DNA of 64,000 nucleotides from Owenia fusiformis (Eukaryota): NCBI GenBank assembly GCA_903813345.2, contig CAIIXF020000001.1, positions 43,214,001 to 43,278,000 of the forward strand, read 5' to 3'. Shown piece by piece: positions 53,401 to 64,000 of this stretch (position 1 is its first letter; each line of letters starts with the position of its first letter). The notes under the pieces were generated by a model. It saw only the letters and a program-made list of their open reading frames with translations, ran no database searches and was not told where the DNA came from. The position numbers and the translations under genes were made by a program.

Positions 53401-54945
53401 AGTGAGAAGAAGACATTATTTGCAAACTTGAAACACGAAACCTTACATGACTGTTGAGAGATTCTCTGCATATATATTTAAAATCCCCAGCTCTACTAAA
53501 ATTCGCTGACTCATCGCCTGACTCATCCTCTTCTTTTTGCTTCTTCAATATTTGACCAATATGTACGACTTCATCATATTCATTTTCTAAAAGTGGTAAC
53601 CCGAATACATTTCCATTTAATAAATCACATTTGTGTAGATCGTAGAACTGTAACAGCGCGTGAATTGAGTATTTAACTTCACGAAATACAGAGCAAGACA
53701 TCCGAAGTTCGTCTTCTGAAATGCATAGATCATAAAATGACTGAACACGTTCACATATGACTTATAAAACTTCTTCAAAACTATAAGAATGACTTTCTAA
53801 GCCATCTCTGCAACATCATGGAATACCATGGCCCTCTCTCCTTACATCAACTAAACACAGACAGGTTTTAGATGCGATGTGTATATCAGAATGTCTGTGC
53901 AAAGGTTTGGAATTCCTTTTATTCCGTCTTCACCCGACCTTTAAAAGGAGTTAGTTCCACTGGCAAATTTAGTAAAAAGAAAAGTACATGAATATTAATT
54001 CACTAGACTATGAAACATTTTGATTTTGAACTATGGATTCTATATATGACATGTAAGCATTCATCTAATTTTTTTTAGAAATATGTTCCTTTTATTGAAT
54101 ATTCGTAATTGTAATCATCATGAAAACCAAATGAAAATACGCATTATGCAGATCTACATTGAAGTCAATATATATGTATCTCTTCGACCCTTTCTCGAAG
54201 GAGAAAATGGCGACGAGCACAGGTATCTAAATATTAACTATTAATATGATAAAAAGCTTCAAAACATAGCCTGTCAAAGTCAATATACCCTGGTAATGGC
54301 GAAGACTAGCATTCCATTGGTTGCAGAGTCTTCCTAGAAGTCGGTATGCCATTAAAGGATTACTGATGTATACTTCAGGATGCACTGCCTCAACAACTGG
54401 CCCAGCACTTTCAATCATTGCTCTCATATCATCTGCTAAAGACATTCCATCCTGTTGGCTCGATCTAAGAATGTTAAGTTTGTAACGTGTGATCTTCAAA
54501 ATGAAATCTTGCTAATCAATGGCTATCTAAAAAAAACTTCTGTGATAGGGAATCGAAGGACAAAAATCACAATCGAAGGATTGTTTCTGAAATAAAGTCC
54601 CAACTGTTAGACTTTTATCAAAACGTGATGATGAGAACAAAAATTATAGCTACAAGCCCCTGTGAACACCCACCCCCATCTACTTGACGACACTCCTTCT
54701 CACACAGTTGTTGGAATGAGTAGTGGGGGTCACAAGGGCTGTTGTGGCTAGTACTATATCGTGTGAATGTAAAATCATACTTACACCCTCTCAAATAAGT
54801 TCTTTTCTAGGTGAACAAAATAGGTCATTTTGGCAACAGATGTATAAAGATCTTCCTCCATTTCTAAACAAATAATTCGGTAAACTAAATGCAAAATCAC
54901 ACAAAAATAGATGTATGTTTTCCAAAAACTCTTTCCCATTTCCAT
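50479..54945 (-). CDS. Prolyl 4-hydroxylase alpha-like protein (about 440 aa, shortened central region), 9 exons
   Basis: Exons 54945-54785, 54464-54289, 53715-53447, 53264-53094, 52878-52645, 52364-52296, 52171-52103, 50816-50720, 50555-50479 total 1323 nt and are open. Hydrophobic N-terminus; N-domain motifs DLYTSVAKM and YISNPLMAYRLLGRL. Catalytic domain EPRIVLYHNIIS, YRTSQSAW, QVLNYGIGGQYKPHLD, RIATLMFYLADVPKGGATVF, EHGSCPIIIGSKWVATKW, with H-x-D...H and the 2OG-binding K intact. Confidence 0.9.
51265..52001. mobile_element. Tc1/mariner-like MITE in a P4HA intron
   Basis: GGGTATCCCAAAAATGAGAC ... GTCTCATTTTTGGGACACCC in TA context. Confidence 0.75.
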
Positions 54946-57005
54946 CCTATATGATTGATCATCTTCAATAAGTAGTGAAATGAAGTGAACGTCAAGGATT
55001 ATGTTTATTTGTAAAGAGATAAAGTTGCAAATAGATTTTTGTCCTAAATGAGAAAATGATAAGTCTAACATTCGCCCCATAATACCCTTTCAATTTCACC
55101 ATTGCATGTGGACATCACGTACCAAATGTATTTTTAGCGAATCGATATTGCGGTTATATTGCTACAAGAGCTGGCATGACTTGATTCTGAGGCTGACAAG
55201 AGGGGATACCCGTACCCAAGAATTCCTAGATGCACCTATCGTTGTATAAAGATGGACCCTTCTAGTGGATCGTCTCTGTCTCTACATGGAGAGGTTTATC
55301 TCTGAATTCTTGGGTATTCCCTGCTAGCTCTTAACCAAAGAAATCAAAGAAAACGCAATGTCAAAGTTGGGACCATCCAATCTGTTCAAAACAAGAGGTA
55401 GATTGCAGGTATTGCAAAATGAATTCATGAGTCTCACTACACAAATCAAACATTCATGTTGTCATACTGTGGGCTCTGGTGTACACGCTTCGATACAGTA
55501 GTAGAAACAACAAATCATACCTGGAGTAGAGCTACGTGTATATAAAAATGTCAACATCCCAGTACAATCGTTATCAATATATTTTATTGACTAAACAATG
55601 GAACATTTACAATTAAATTAAATGCTGTTATTATAAGGAGACCCTGCAAGAGTCTTTCATTTATTCCTTCATTCATTTGACTTCAAGATTGATCAGATAA
55701 TGAATTTTTACCCTGGCATGATCAGTTTTTTATCTCGATCAAAGGTTAACATCTTGTTTGAGTCTTACCTTTTTTCTTTTTGTGGGACTATGACATTTCT
55801 TTTCGATAAAATGAAGTCTTGCTTCAAACCCTTTTGACCTCATCACCAAAATATCTTATACATATTGCCCCAGTACGTATTCATTTTGTTTTACCTACTG
55901 ACCATCAAATGGATGGATAAAGTTATAGTTTGATCTAGTTTTGGCACGTTCATATTTCAAAATCCTTTAAAAAGAAAGGGTGAATTATTTTGATCTCGTT
56001 ATCATTCTTGAGTAAAATTTTGTCCAATTTTTTTTCAAAATATGACGCAATGTCAGGAGTCGCTCTTGACCTTCCTTGGCCAAAATGTAGATTTAACAAA
56101 GAACATTTCTTTATTTTTAAAAACGTTTAAAATCACACGACTTAAAAATGTAATCTGTTTTCTTGGGTAATGTGGAGAAGATTCAAACTCAAATTAAAGT
56201 TATTTCATGTTTCCTCATGTATAATTCGGATGGATATCGTTTAAGGTCAAAATATTAGATCAACTTACTGAGCTAATTTCAAAATACCATTTCGACTAAT
56301 TTACCTTCAAATTCAATAATTCATATTTTTTTTATTCTTCTTCTAGATAAAAAAGTTCATACAGGTATCTGAACTTATACCATGGTCATAGCAATATCAG
56401 GTACATAATAAGTGATAAATCACATATTTGGGACACGGATGATATCAGGATAAGAGCAGGGATGACAGTAAATAATTTTCTTTTTTTTCAAAATGTCATT
56501 TTTCAAAAATTTTCATTTTTTCCATATTTTATTTTTTGATTGAAATTATCTTCATCTTTTAATTTTTTTTAAAGTATTAGTTTTTCTTGCCCTTAAATTC
56601 GCAATGTGCTTTGGAGTGCAATTATGTGTAACGTAAATATTTCCAAGATTCAATCCTTTTTTCTCTCATTCAACAGAAGATTTGGGGTAGATATTGCTCT
56701 TGACCATGGTAACAGGTCGTTTTTCACCTGTCGGTCAATTTGACTGGTTATCCCTCGGATGATATCGATATTTGCCTCCGTCACTGCGCTCCCTCGGGAA
56801 ATATTGATATCATCCTTTGATATTCCCCATATCAAACCCCTCCTGTACTATAACTATTTTATATGAAATTGACCGTTTTTAGACCTATAAGTGACGGTTT
56901 TTAATCAAGGGCCTCCGTAAAATCCCAACTTGCAATTTTAATACCTTTTTATAATTACCTCGTCCCTGACTTCTTCATCGCATGATCAATCTGTTAACCG
57001 TGAAC

Positions 57006-57980
57006 ATGAACTTCTCAGGTAATATCAAGTTTGTATTTGATTAATTTTGAAACTGTGGAGGAGGTATATGTATGGTAAGAAATAATTTATATTTTCTGAT
57101 TTTTATCATGATTTTATTAATTTAGGTTTAGGAATGATCTACGTGATATGTGTATGGGTCTCATCTTTCGATCTAATTTTCTCCGTGAGTACTAGTATAT
57201 ACTAATTGCTATATATAATACACATTCCAAATTAAATACAATTTGAATTACAAATTATTCCACACATCCATTCAGTTTCACTCTATGTAAATGGCAGCTC
57301 CGAGAGCAGGGTTGGCATACTTGTGGCAGTTCTAATGTTCCATATCTATGGTACGCTTTGCATTCGTTTGACTTCACTTCTTAAAAGAGAGCTTCGTCTT
57401 CTTCTTAGTAGTTTAACTAGACTCTGCACGCAGGGTATATCTATGGCTAAAACAACAACTTAAAAATAAGTTGCCTTGTCTGCATAGTCATTTTGGAAGA
57501 CCATATATACATTAGAGAAATTTCGAAACTCACTATGTTTATCCACATATTATTTAAACGTATAAAGTATAACTTATGAAGCGTTTGACTACATCATCGT
57601 TGATTGCTCAATATGACACTAAACCTATGCTGAATGAGGTGAGTTTGTTAGGGTTACCTCTTTTGACTCACCCTGTATGTGCATAGTCATTTTTACAGTG
57701 CATTTCTGATATGTAGGTAAAAGCGAAAACGGAGGACAAAGGAGTACAAGGTGACGTTGTGAAAGATCTCCAAAAAAGACTTTGTACAAAGTTCTGGTGG
57801 TGTAAATATGCTAGCATTCACGATCCTGTAAGCGGACTATGGGGAGGAACTTACTGTAAGCAGTTCTTGAGTTGCAATTTTAGACCAATTGCATATAGAT
57901 GGCGTTGTACAGGAGGATGTACCAAGATGCCACCGCCTGTGGTGTTCAGTTATTGGTGTTATCATTGTAGCGTCCGATGA
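57006..57980 (+). CDS. Putative secreted cysteine-rich prepropeptide (about 130 aa; 66-aa mature peptide with 8 Cys after KR)
   Basis: Model exons 57006-57018, 57126-57184, 57582-57638, 57717-57980 are in frame: MNFSGLGMIYVICVWVSSFDLIFS-RLTTSSLIAQYDTKPMLNE-VKAKTEDKGVQGDVVKDLQKR-LCTKFWWCKYASIHDPVSGLWGGTYCKQFLSCNFRPIAYRWRCTGGCTKMPPPVVFSYWCYHCSVR*. Donors are GTAATA, GTGAGT and GTGAGT. TATA-like TATAAG near 56886; AATAAA at 58157. The exon 3 and exon 4 acceptors are weak. Confidence 0.62.
57352..57437. mobile_element. 86-bp mini-element with 9-bp TSD
   Basis: TSD TATCTATGG at 57343-57351 and 57438-57446; same family as 59614-59743. Confidence 0.8.
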
Positions 57981-59613
57981 TTTTTTCATTATTTGTGATC
58001 TGAGCAGATTTACATGTATTGAATTCAAAGAATGAGAATATACAAATATCATCAATATGCATACATGTAATAAGTCGATTGATTGATCATGATTGAATGA
58101 TTATTCTAATTTAGCAACAGTGTTTTTACATTTTTCTTATCAACAGTTCATAGTTAAATAAAAAGTCTAGGTTTGGATGGTTCATGTTGTTGAATTTATT
58201 GATAGGATTGTATGCTACATATTACTACATTAACTTGTTGATCTCTATTTTCTATTTTCTGATGCACCAGGACCTTTGTTCCATTTTTAGACAGTATTTT
58301 TCACCATCACCAAAACTTTTTGTACAGTTTACAAAAAATGTGATTTTGAAATTTCTACTTAAAAATCATCCATTCTTCGTTGAGAAAAGTTAAACTCCAA
58401 TAAAGTAACGTTTTAAAAGCAAAGTTACTTGTTTCAGAAATGCCTGCATAAAAAACACCCATCGTTCGTTGAGAAAAGTTTAAGTCCAATAAAGTAACAT
58501 TTTCAAGGCAAAGTAACGTATATAGAACTAGTCATGGGGAAATGATAGTCTAAAGTAGCGCCTTTTCAAAAGGATTATCTGACCACTTTTGAACAAGTCT
58601 TTCTTCGAAAATTTCTTTGAACTATTTCTTTCAAAAGAAACGAAAAAACTATATATTTGAAAAACCAAGCGTGGTTCTCGCCCCATGGTATTTCTTCCCC
58701 CGGTCTCCCCCTTCGAACCCATTCTGCAGAGAAGTTACCGCCTCTTATATATTTCAAGTGATATCGTAAAAATACAGACCATACAGAATTTCTGGTAGCG
58801 TTTAAACCGAAAAGAAGTTCATTTGAAAAATTAGAAATACTGAAAGTTTTCTCATCTAAAACAATCCAAGTAAGATGTGCTCTTGCATATCTAATTCATG
58901 GAACTCATGCAATTAATATCTATGATTGCATTCCTATAATAAAGCCCGTTCCTCACTGCTACCTTCATTATTTGTTGGCTAACTCATACAAGAGTTAATG
59001 TTGTATTGATCAGGGTTGAATTCTAATGCTATGGAACTGTAGTGTAGGCAGCGGAATAAAATGAACGTCTAGTGAACGGTGGTCCTAGGGAGTGGAGACA
59101 CTAGGGAGCACAGACACGTGGACGTAGGGAGTCTAGAGACACGTGGGTGATGGATAGTGTATAACTCTATACATGAAAAACGTGAGTATTATATTTGAGA
59201 TAATTAATAATAGTTTCGAATTTCTCTATGAATGTAATACCTGAGGTAATACCGATCACATGAATAGTTTTACGGGAAACTACTACAATAAAGGTGCATA
59301 GAACATAATAATAGGATAAATTGATCCAAATTCATCATTTAACACTATGTACATGCAGGTTCATACAGGTAGGTATAATAGATAGTGGTAAGTCCAATTT
59401 TATAAGTATTTCATTATATCAAATGTGTACTATACATGTATGTAATCATGTCATCTTCATATTCGACGATAGAAAGATATTTGGTTTTTAGTATCGAGAG
59501 TCTTGTTAATTTTGTAATTCCCTACAGAGTCCGAGTAAAGTCTATGTCGGATGTGCCAATACGAATGATGTGTGCATGTTTTTAAACAATCGATGTACAT
59601 GTAGAAGTAGAAA

Positions 59614-59743
59614 TACCCTTTGCATTCGTTTGACTTCACTTCTTAAAAGAGAGCTTCGTCTTCACTCTTTCAAACTAAAATAAACCTTCTTAGATAAAAC
59701 TTCTTAGAAGTCCATGGTTTAACTAGACTCTGCACGCAGGGTA
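59614..59743. mobile_element. 130-bp mini-element with 9-bp TSD (Mutator-like)
   Basis: TACCCTTTGCA ... TGCACGCAGGGTA; TSD AAGTAGAAA at 59605-59613 and 59744-59752. Confidence 0.82.
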
Positions 59744-60346
59744 AAGTAGAAACGCCAACACTAACGTGACACAAATGCTATGAAGATTATACAATAAAAT
59801 GTAAAGAACATTATATAATTATAATGCTTCGGTTACATATAAAAATCATATTTTTCCATCAATGGATTTTTACTAATCGTACTTTTTATTAAACCTTTAC
59901 AACATTTATAAACTGACTGTAATTGATTTTATCCTTAACCAGATGTTGAGAGGTGTCTGATCAATACAATAAAACTTAAGGTGAATTCTAAAACACACAA
60001 TCCGATCGATGCCATGTTCCATACGTGTATATTCCACAAGAAACAAGGTATACAGGATATGGTCATTGCAAACGGCAATACTTTTAATTTTGCCCGAGCT
60101 ATTAAAGGAAGAGGGAATATGATGATGATGATGTTATAACTTAAGGAAATTGTTCTGCGACAACTAAATGATTATTAATTTTCAGCCAATCGGACAGGTA
60201 TGACGATGATGTAGTCATCGTGTTGATTAGAACATTGTTAATCTGAGATCTGTAAATTTCAGGATATGGCGTTTGGCAACATGGCGAAAGAAAATGTCAA
60301 CATGGAGGATGCATTGGGACGATAAAGTAGATAGAGGGCCGTAACT

Positions 60347-61126
60347 ATGTTAGTCTACATTAACGCCCTCTGCTGGGCTGGAGTAACTGGTGCCGCCATC
60401 TTAGGAGTTATTCTAATACTAAAGTCTGTCACATACTATCGTTCGTCACATCAAACACACGATATTCTCATGCTTTCATTATTGTGCACAATGCTACTTA
60501 ATGCTGTGATAATTTTGCCAATTCATTTGGTAATGCTGCTGAATAATTTTCAATGGCACATAATGTTGTGTCAGTTTTTCGTTTGGTGTACTATCACATT
60601 CCGAATGGCCGGGTTATTGTCAATAACAGCACTTGGGTTCGATAGAGTCCTCTCTCTAAGGCTTCCAAGTAGATATCGTTATTATGGAAACACATGCTCC
60701 GGTGCCACGTTTATATTTTTGCTATGGATAATCGCAAGTTTCATAGGGATTGCCCTCATTTTGGGCTGGAGTGATATCAACTTCCACAGCACGTCCCAAT
60801 GCCAGTTCTTATCACACGCCATAAACAGAGCGTTTGCTATATTTGTACCAATTGTAATATTGACTTCATTCATTGTGACAACCGTTACCTTATCGGATGC
60901 ATGCTCAGCAAATGAGTACCTACGAAAGAACATGTTGATTATGAAATACCGTAAAAACAGAAGTTCTTCCAAGATTCCTCCGTCCATAAGGTTAGAGAAC
61001 CATGCAGAATCCTGGAAGAAGCCAATACTGCTGGGATCTGACGAGTTCAATACATGCTACGTAAACTGCAAAGCCACCTTGGTGGTTGCTATGCTATCCT
61101 TCATCTTGAATCATTTACCATATATG
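60347..61126 (+). CDS. Orphan rhodopsin-like (class A) GPCR, first coding exon (TM1-TM6), 3'-partial
   Basis: Six hydrophobic helices; TM3 LCQFFVW...ITALGFDRVLSLRLPSRY (DRY-like DRV), TM4 LWIIA...ILGW, ECL2 Cys, TM6 NHLPYM followed by donor GTACGT at 61127. Upstream acceptor at 60262. No TM7 exon found in the window. Confidence 0.85.
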
Positions 61127-62063
61127 GTACGTATAATTAATTGTGTTGTCGATTTCCATGACAACGCATATTGTTCGATACAGGGAACATTTCTGTAATC
61201 TTGGTTAATAGCGTATGCTTAGAATGAAAACACAATCAATCACATTTTATAGTTAATTTTACTCAATATAAGAAGTGGAAAGAAATATTGGAATGAATCA
61301 TGCTTTAAATAAAAGTATATCCTCTAATGTCGGACATACAATGAAAAGTACACTAATGGATAATCAGATCATAGAAATAAAGTTTAGAAAAATAATCTTG
61401 TATCATACAGAATCATTACTCCTCAAAAATGCCCATTGATCTTGGTTCAAGTTATTACACAATGTATCTTAACATTTTTTTCACTTTTTTACATAAACCG
61501 TCAAATAGGGGTAATTTGATTCAGCTTATTGTGTTCCAAAACAGAGGTAGATTGGTTACAAAGAAGAACATTTAAAACGAAAATAAAGCCACCATGATTT
61601 AGTCAACTATATCTGCATCGTATTAACTTTTTGCTCGATTATGTGCCTAAAGTTGCACCTTTTCGCTATCCCCTCGTTAACAAATAACACCCCATATCAA
61701 CAAGCGTGGTAATACTTTATGTTTGGAAATATATACAACTTTCTTTATCTCTGATAATCTGAAAAGTAGTTAGAATACATCACATATTATTGTTGAAAAA
61801 TTGTACGGTTTGCGCCTTAAATATATTTACTTTGTTGAAAACAACGGACGCTTTAAAGGACGATATGATTGATGCTAAAGACACTATGGATTATCGATAT
61901 ATCCGGAAGCTGAAATTGAAATAGGGTGATAAACTATTGTATAGTGGCGGAAAAGACAGATATACTTAATCTACAAAAATAATTATAGGAATAATTCTAC
62001 TCAATCATTATAATGTGGGGCACCATTTATAAGTTTTATACCCTTTTGAAGTACAGTAGGCCT

Positions 62064-62460
62064 AGGCTAATCCTATGGTTTTACCGTACATCAGCACGAG
62101 GCTAATCCTTTGGAGCAACTAATACCTTGAGAATCAAGATGCTGTATATCAGCATAAGGCCTTTGGTTTGACTGTAGATCAGCATACGGCTAATCCTTTG
62201 GTTTGACTGCACATCAGCATAAGGCTTGATTTACTGTACATCACCATAAGGCTAATCCTATGGCTTTACTGTACATCAGCATAAGGCTAATCCTTTGGTT
62301 TGACTGTACATCGGCATAAGGCTAATCCTATGGTTTTACTGAACATCAGCATATGGGTCATCCTATTGTTTGACTGTACATCAGCATAACGCTAATCATA
62401 TGGTTTGACTGTACATCAGCAGAGGGGTAATCATATGATTTGGCTATACATCAGCATAAC
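62064..62460. repeat. About 36-bp minisatellite (GGCTAATCCTATGGTTTGACTGTACATCAGCATAA-like)
   Basis: Roughly ten imperfect tandem units in the GPCR intron. Confidence 0.9.
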
Positions 62461-64000
62461 CATGTCCTAGAATTTCAGATAGATGGAAGCTTCTTTCAAT
62501 ACCTAGATTGCACTTTAACTGGCTCTGTAAACAGTATTACAGTATACCAGTTCAGTGTAAAAACGTTTTTATTGTCCGGGTTACATACTAGGTATTGGGG
62601 GTGTTTTGAGACCTCTAATACGGGGAAGACAATGTGAATAACAAGTGATGTCAGAAATTCATTCAGACTAATATCGAGTAAACAAGCATGTAAATTTTAT
62701 ATCATATTCATGTTAAGTAGCAGACAATTCCCACTCGCCTCTCTTAATTACACAATCTAATTAATTAAACATTAAATATTTATGATCTTCTTGCCGATTA
62801 TTTATTCACTCAGATCACCGTTATATTGTATATCCGTGCCTATTGTTGTTTTTTGTTGTTGCTCATTGTGCGCTCTGGTTCAACTTGACCTTGGTATCTC
62901 GCCAACAGATTGCAACAGATAACAGCAAACCCTTGAAAGAAGGAAAAGAATAAATGTCCGGCGTGACCGAATTACAATTATTTTCCTAATTAGTTCATAC
63001 TTAGTAGGGCCAGTGTCTTGAATTAAAGGGGACAAAATTTTCTGTTTCACCGAAAAACCCGAGAGTTTGAATAATTTTTCACAATTTACTTGAACCAGAT
63101 TCATTTCACCATTCAAGTCAAAGTGCGTTGTTTTTTAAGAAAAAATCAGAATCAATAATGTTTTATTCTTATTAGTAGTTAAAAAGATCTGAATCTCATT
63201 TCATTGGTGAAATATCTTCTTTATTACTTTAGGAATCTACCTTATCGCACTTATCATGTCATACTACCATTAATAATTTAATTTACTCAAGAATTATTGC
63301 CACATTAAACGCGTAATGTTCAAATCTTGTACGGAACTATATTTGATTCAGCTCATTCAAGCAGGATTCCAGTTGCTATGGATATTGTTGAGTTATTTTA
63401 TTAAAAGGGTGTGCTTCATTAAATTGATTATGGTGATTACTGATGTTTAACACCGACCAGAGACTACTAGATTGCTAGGCGTAAAGTTAAGAGCATTCTC
63501 TTGAAGGAATTAGAGGGGATAAAGGGGTGTAAATTGTTGGAAGTAATTTTAAAAACGGAAAACCTTAAAAACGGAGAGTTGTCCTGAAATGAAATTAGAA
63601 CTGTTGGATTTTTTTCGAAAATAGGCATGACATGGAATGATGAGATAAAAAAAATATTGTAAAATTGCAACATGTTTTGATAATTTATTCTCAACTCGTC
63701 TCTTTCCTTAGACACTTCCCTCTCTTTAAATAACTTACCAAATTGTCGGTTGCATTTTTAGACAAAAAGCATGGACTATGAAGAAAGGAAGCACCCAAGT
63801 GATCATTAATTCATCTTCCATTTTAAACATACGATGAAGACTCAAGTTATTCATAATTCATATGAATCGACGTTTTCTTGAATACCAGCGTAGTGAACAT
63901 TTCAGAGATAATGCATTATTTGGTCCTGGGTTTTGAAAGCATAGCTTCAAAGTCAGTGATCATCTATAAACTTATTTTGATATCAGTCGCAATGGTCAGT

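Noticed and set aside
61127..61198. ORF-track C-terminus of the GPCR (VRIINCVV...)
   Set aside because: Follows a consensus donor after TM6 and has no TM7 character; probably intron read-through.
62064..62460. CRISPR-like array of about 36-bp repeats (also 37651-37831)
   Set aside because: Head-to-tail minisatellites without unique spacers, eukaryotic context, no cas genes.
62813..63275. Candidate TM7 exons of the GPCR after acceptors near 62813 and 63232
   Set aside because: In the required phase they reach stops quickly and have no NPxxY-like motif; the exon probably lies beyond the window.

Overview
AT-rich, intron-rich animal genomic DNA. A lophotrochozoan such as a mollusc is my inference from the repeat families and gene style; it is not proven. 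I reconstructed the exons by hand from GT-AG sites and frame continuity. Gene order: KRI1 (+, 5'-partial), GADD45GIP1/CRIF1 (-), TOE1 (+), NASP (-), BTF3/BTF3L4-type NAC-beta (+), a shortened prolyl 4-hydroxylase alpha-like gene (-), an unannotated-looking 4-exon gene for a secreted 8-Cys cationic/aromatic prepropeptide (+), and an orphan class A GPCR (+, 3'-partial). BTF3 introns hold two intact and one decayed SNORD35/snR73-type C/D snoRNA. Introns carry many nested non-autonomous DNA transposons (piggyBac relic, TTAA MITEs, 9-bp-TSD Mutator-like, Tc1/mariner-like, Helentron/HINE-like). The most interesting items are the cryptic Cys-rich peptide gene lying between the atypical P4HA and the orphan GPCR, the snoRNA cluster, and a possible long/short NASP isoform switch by an alternative splice donor.
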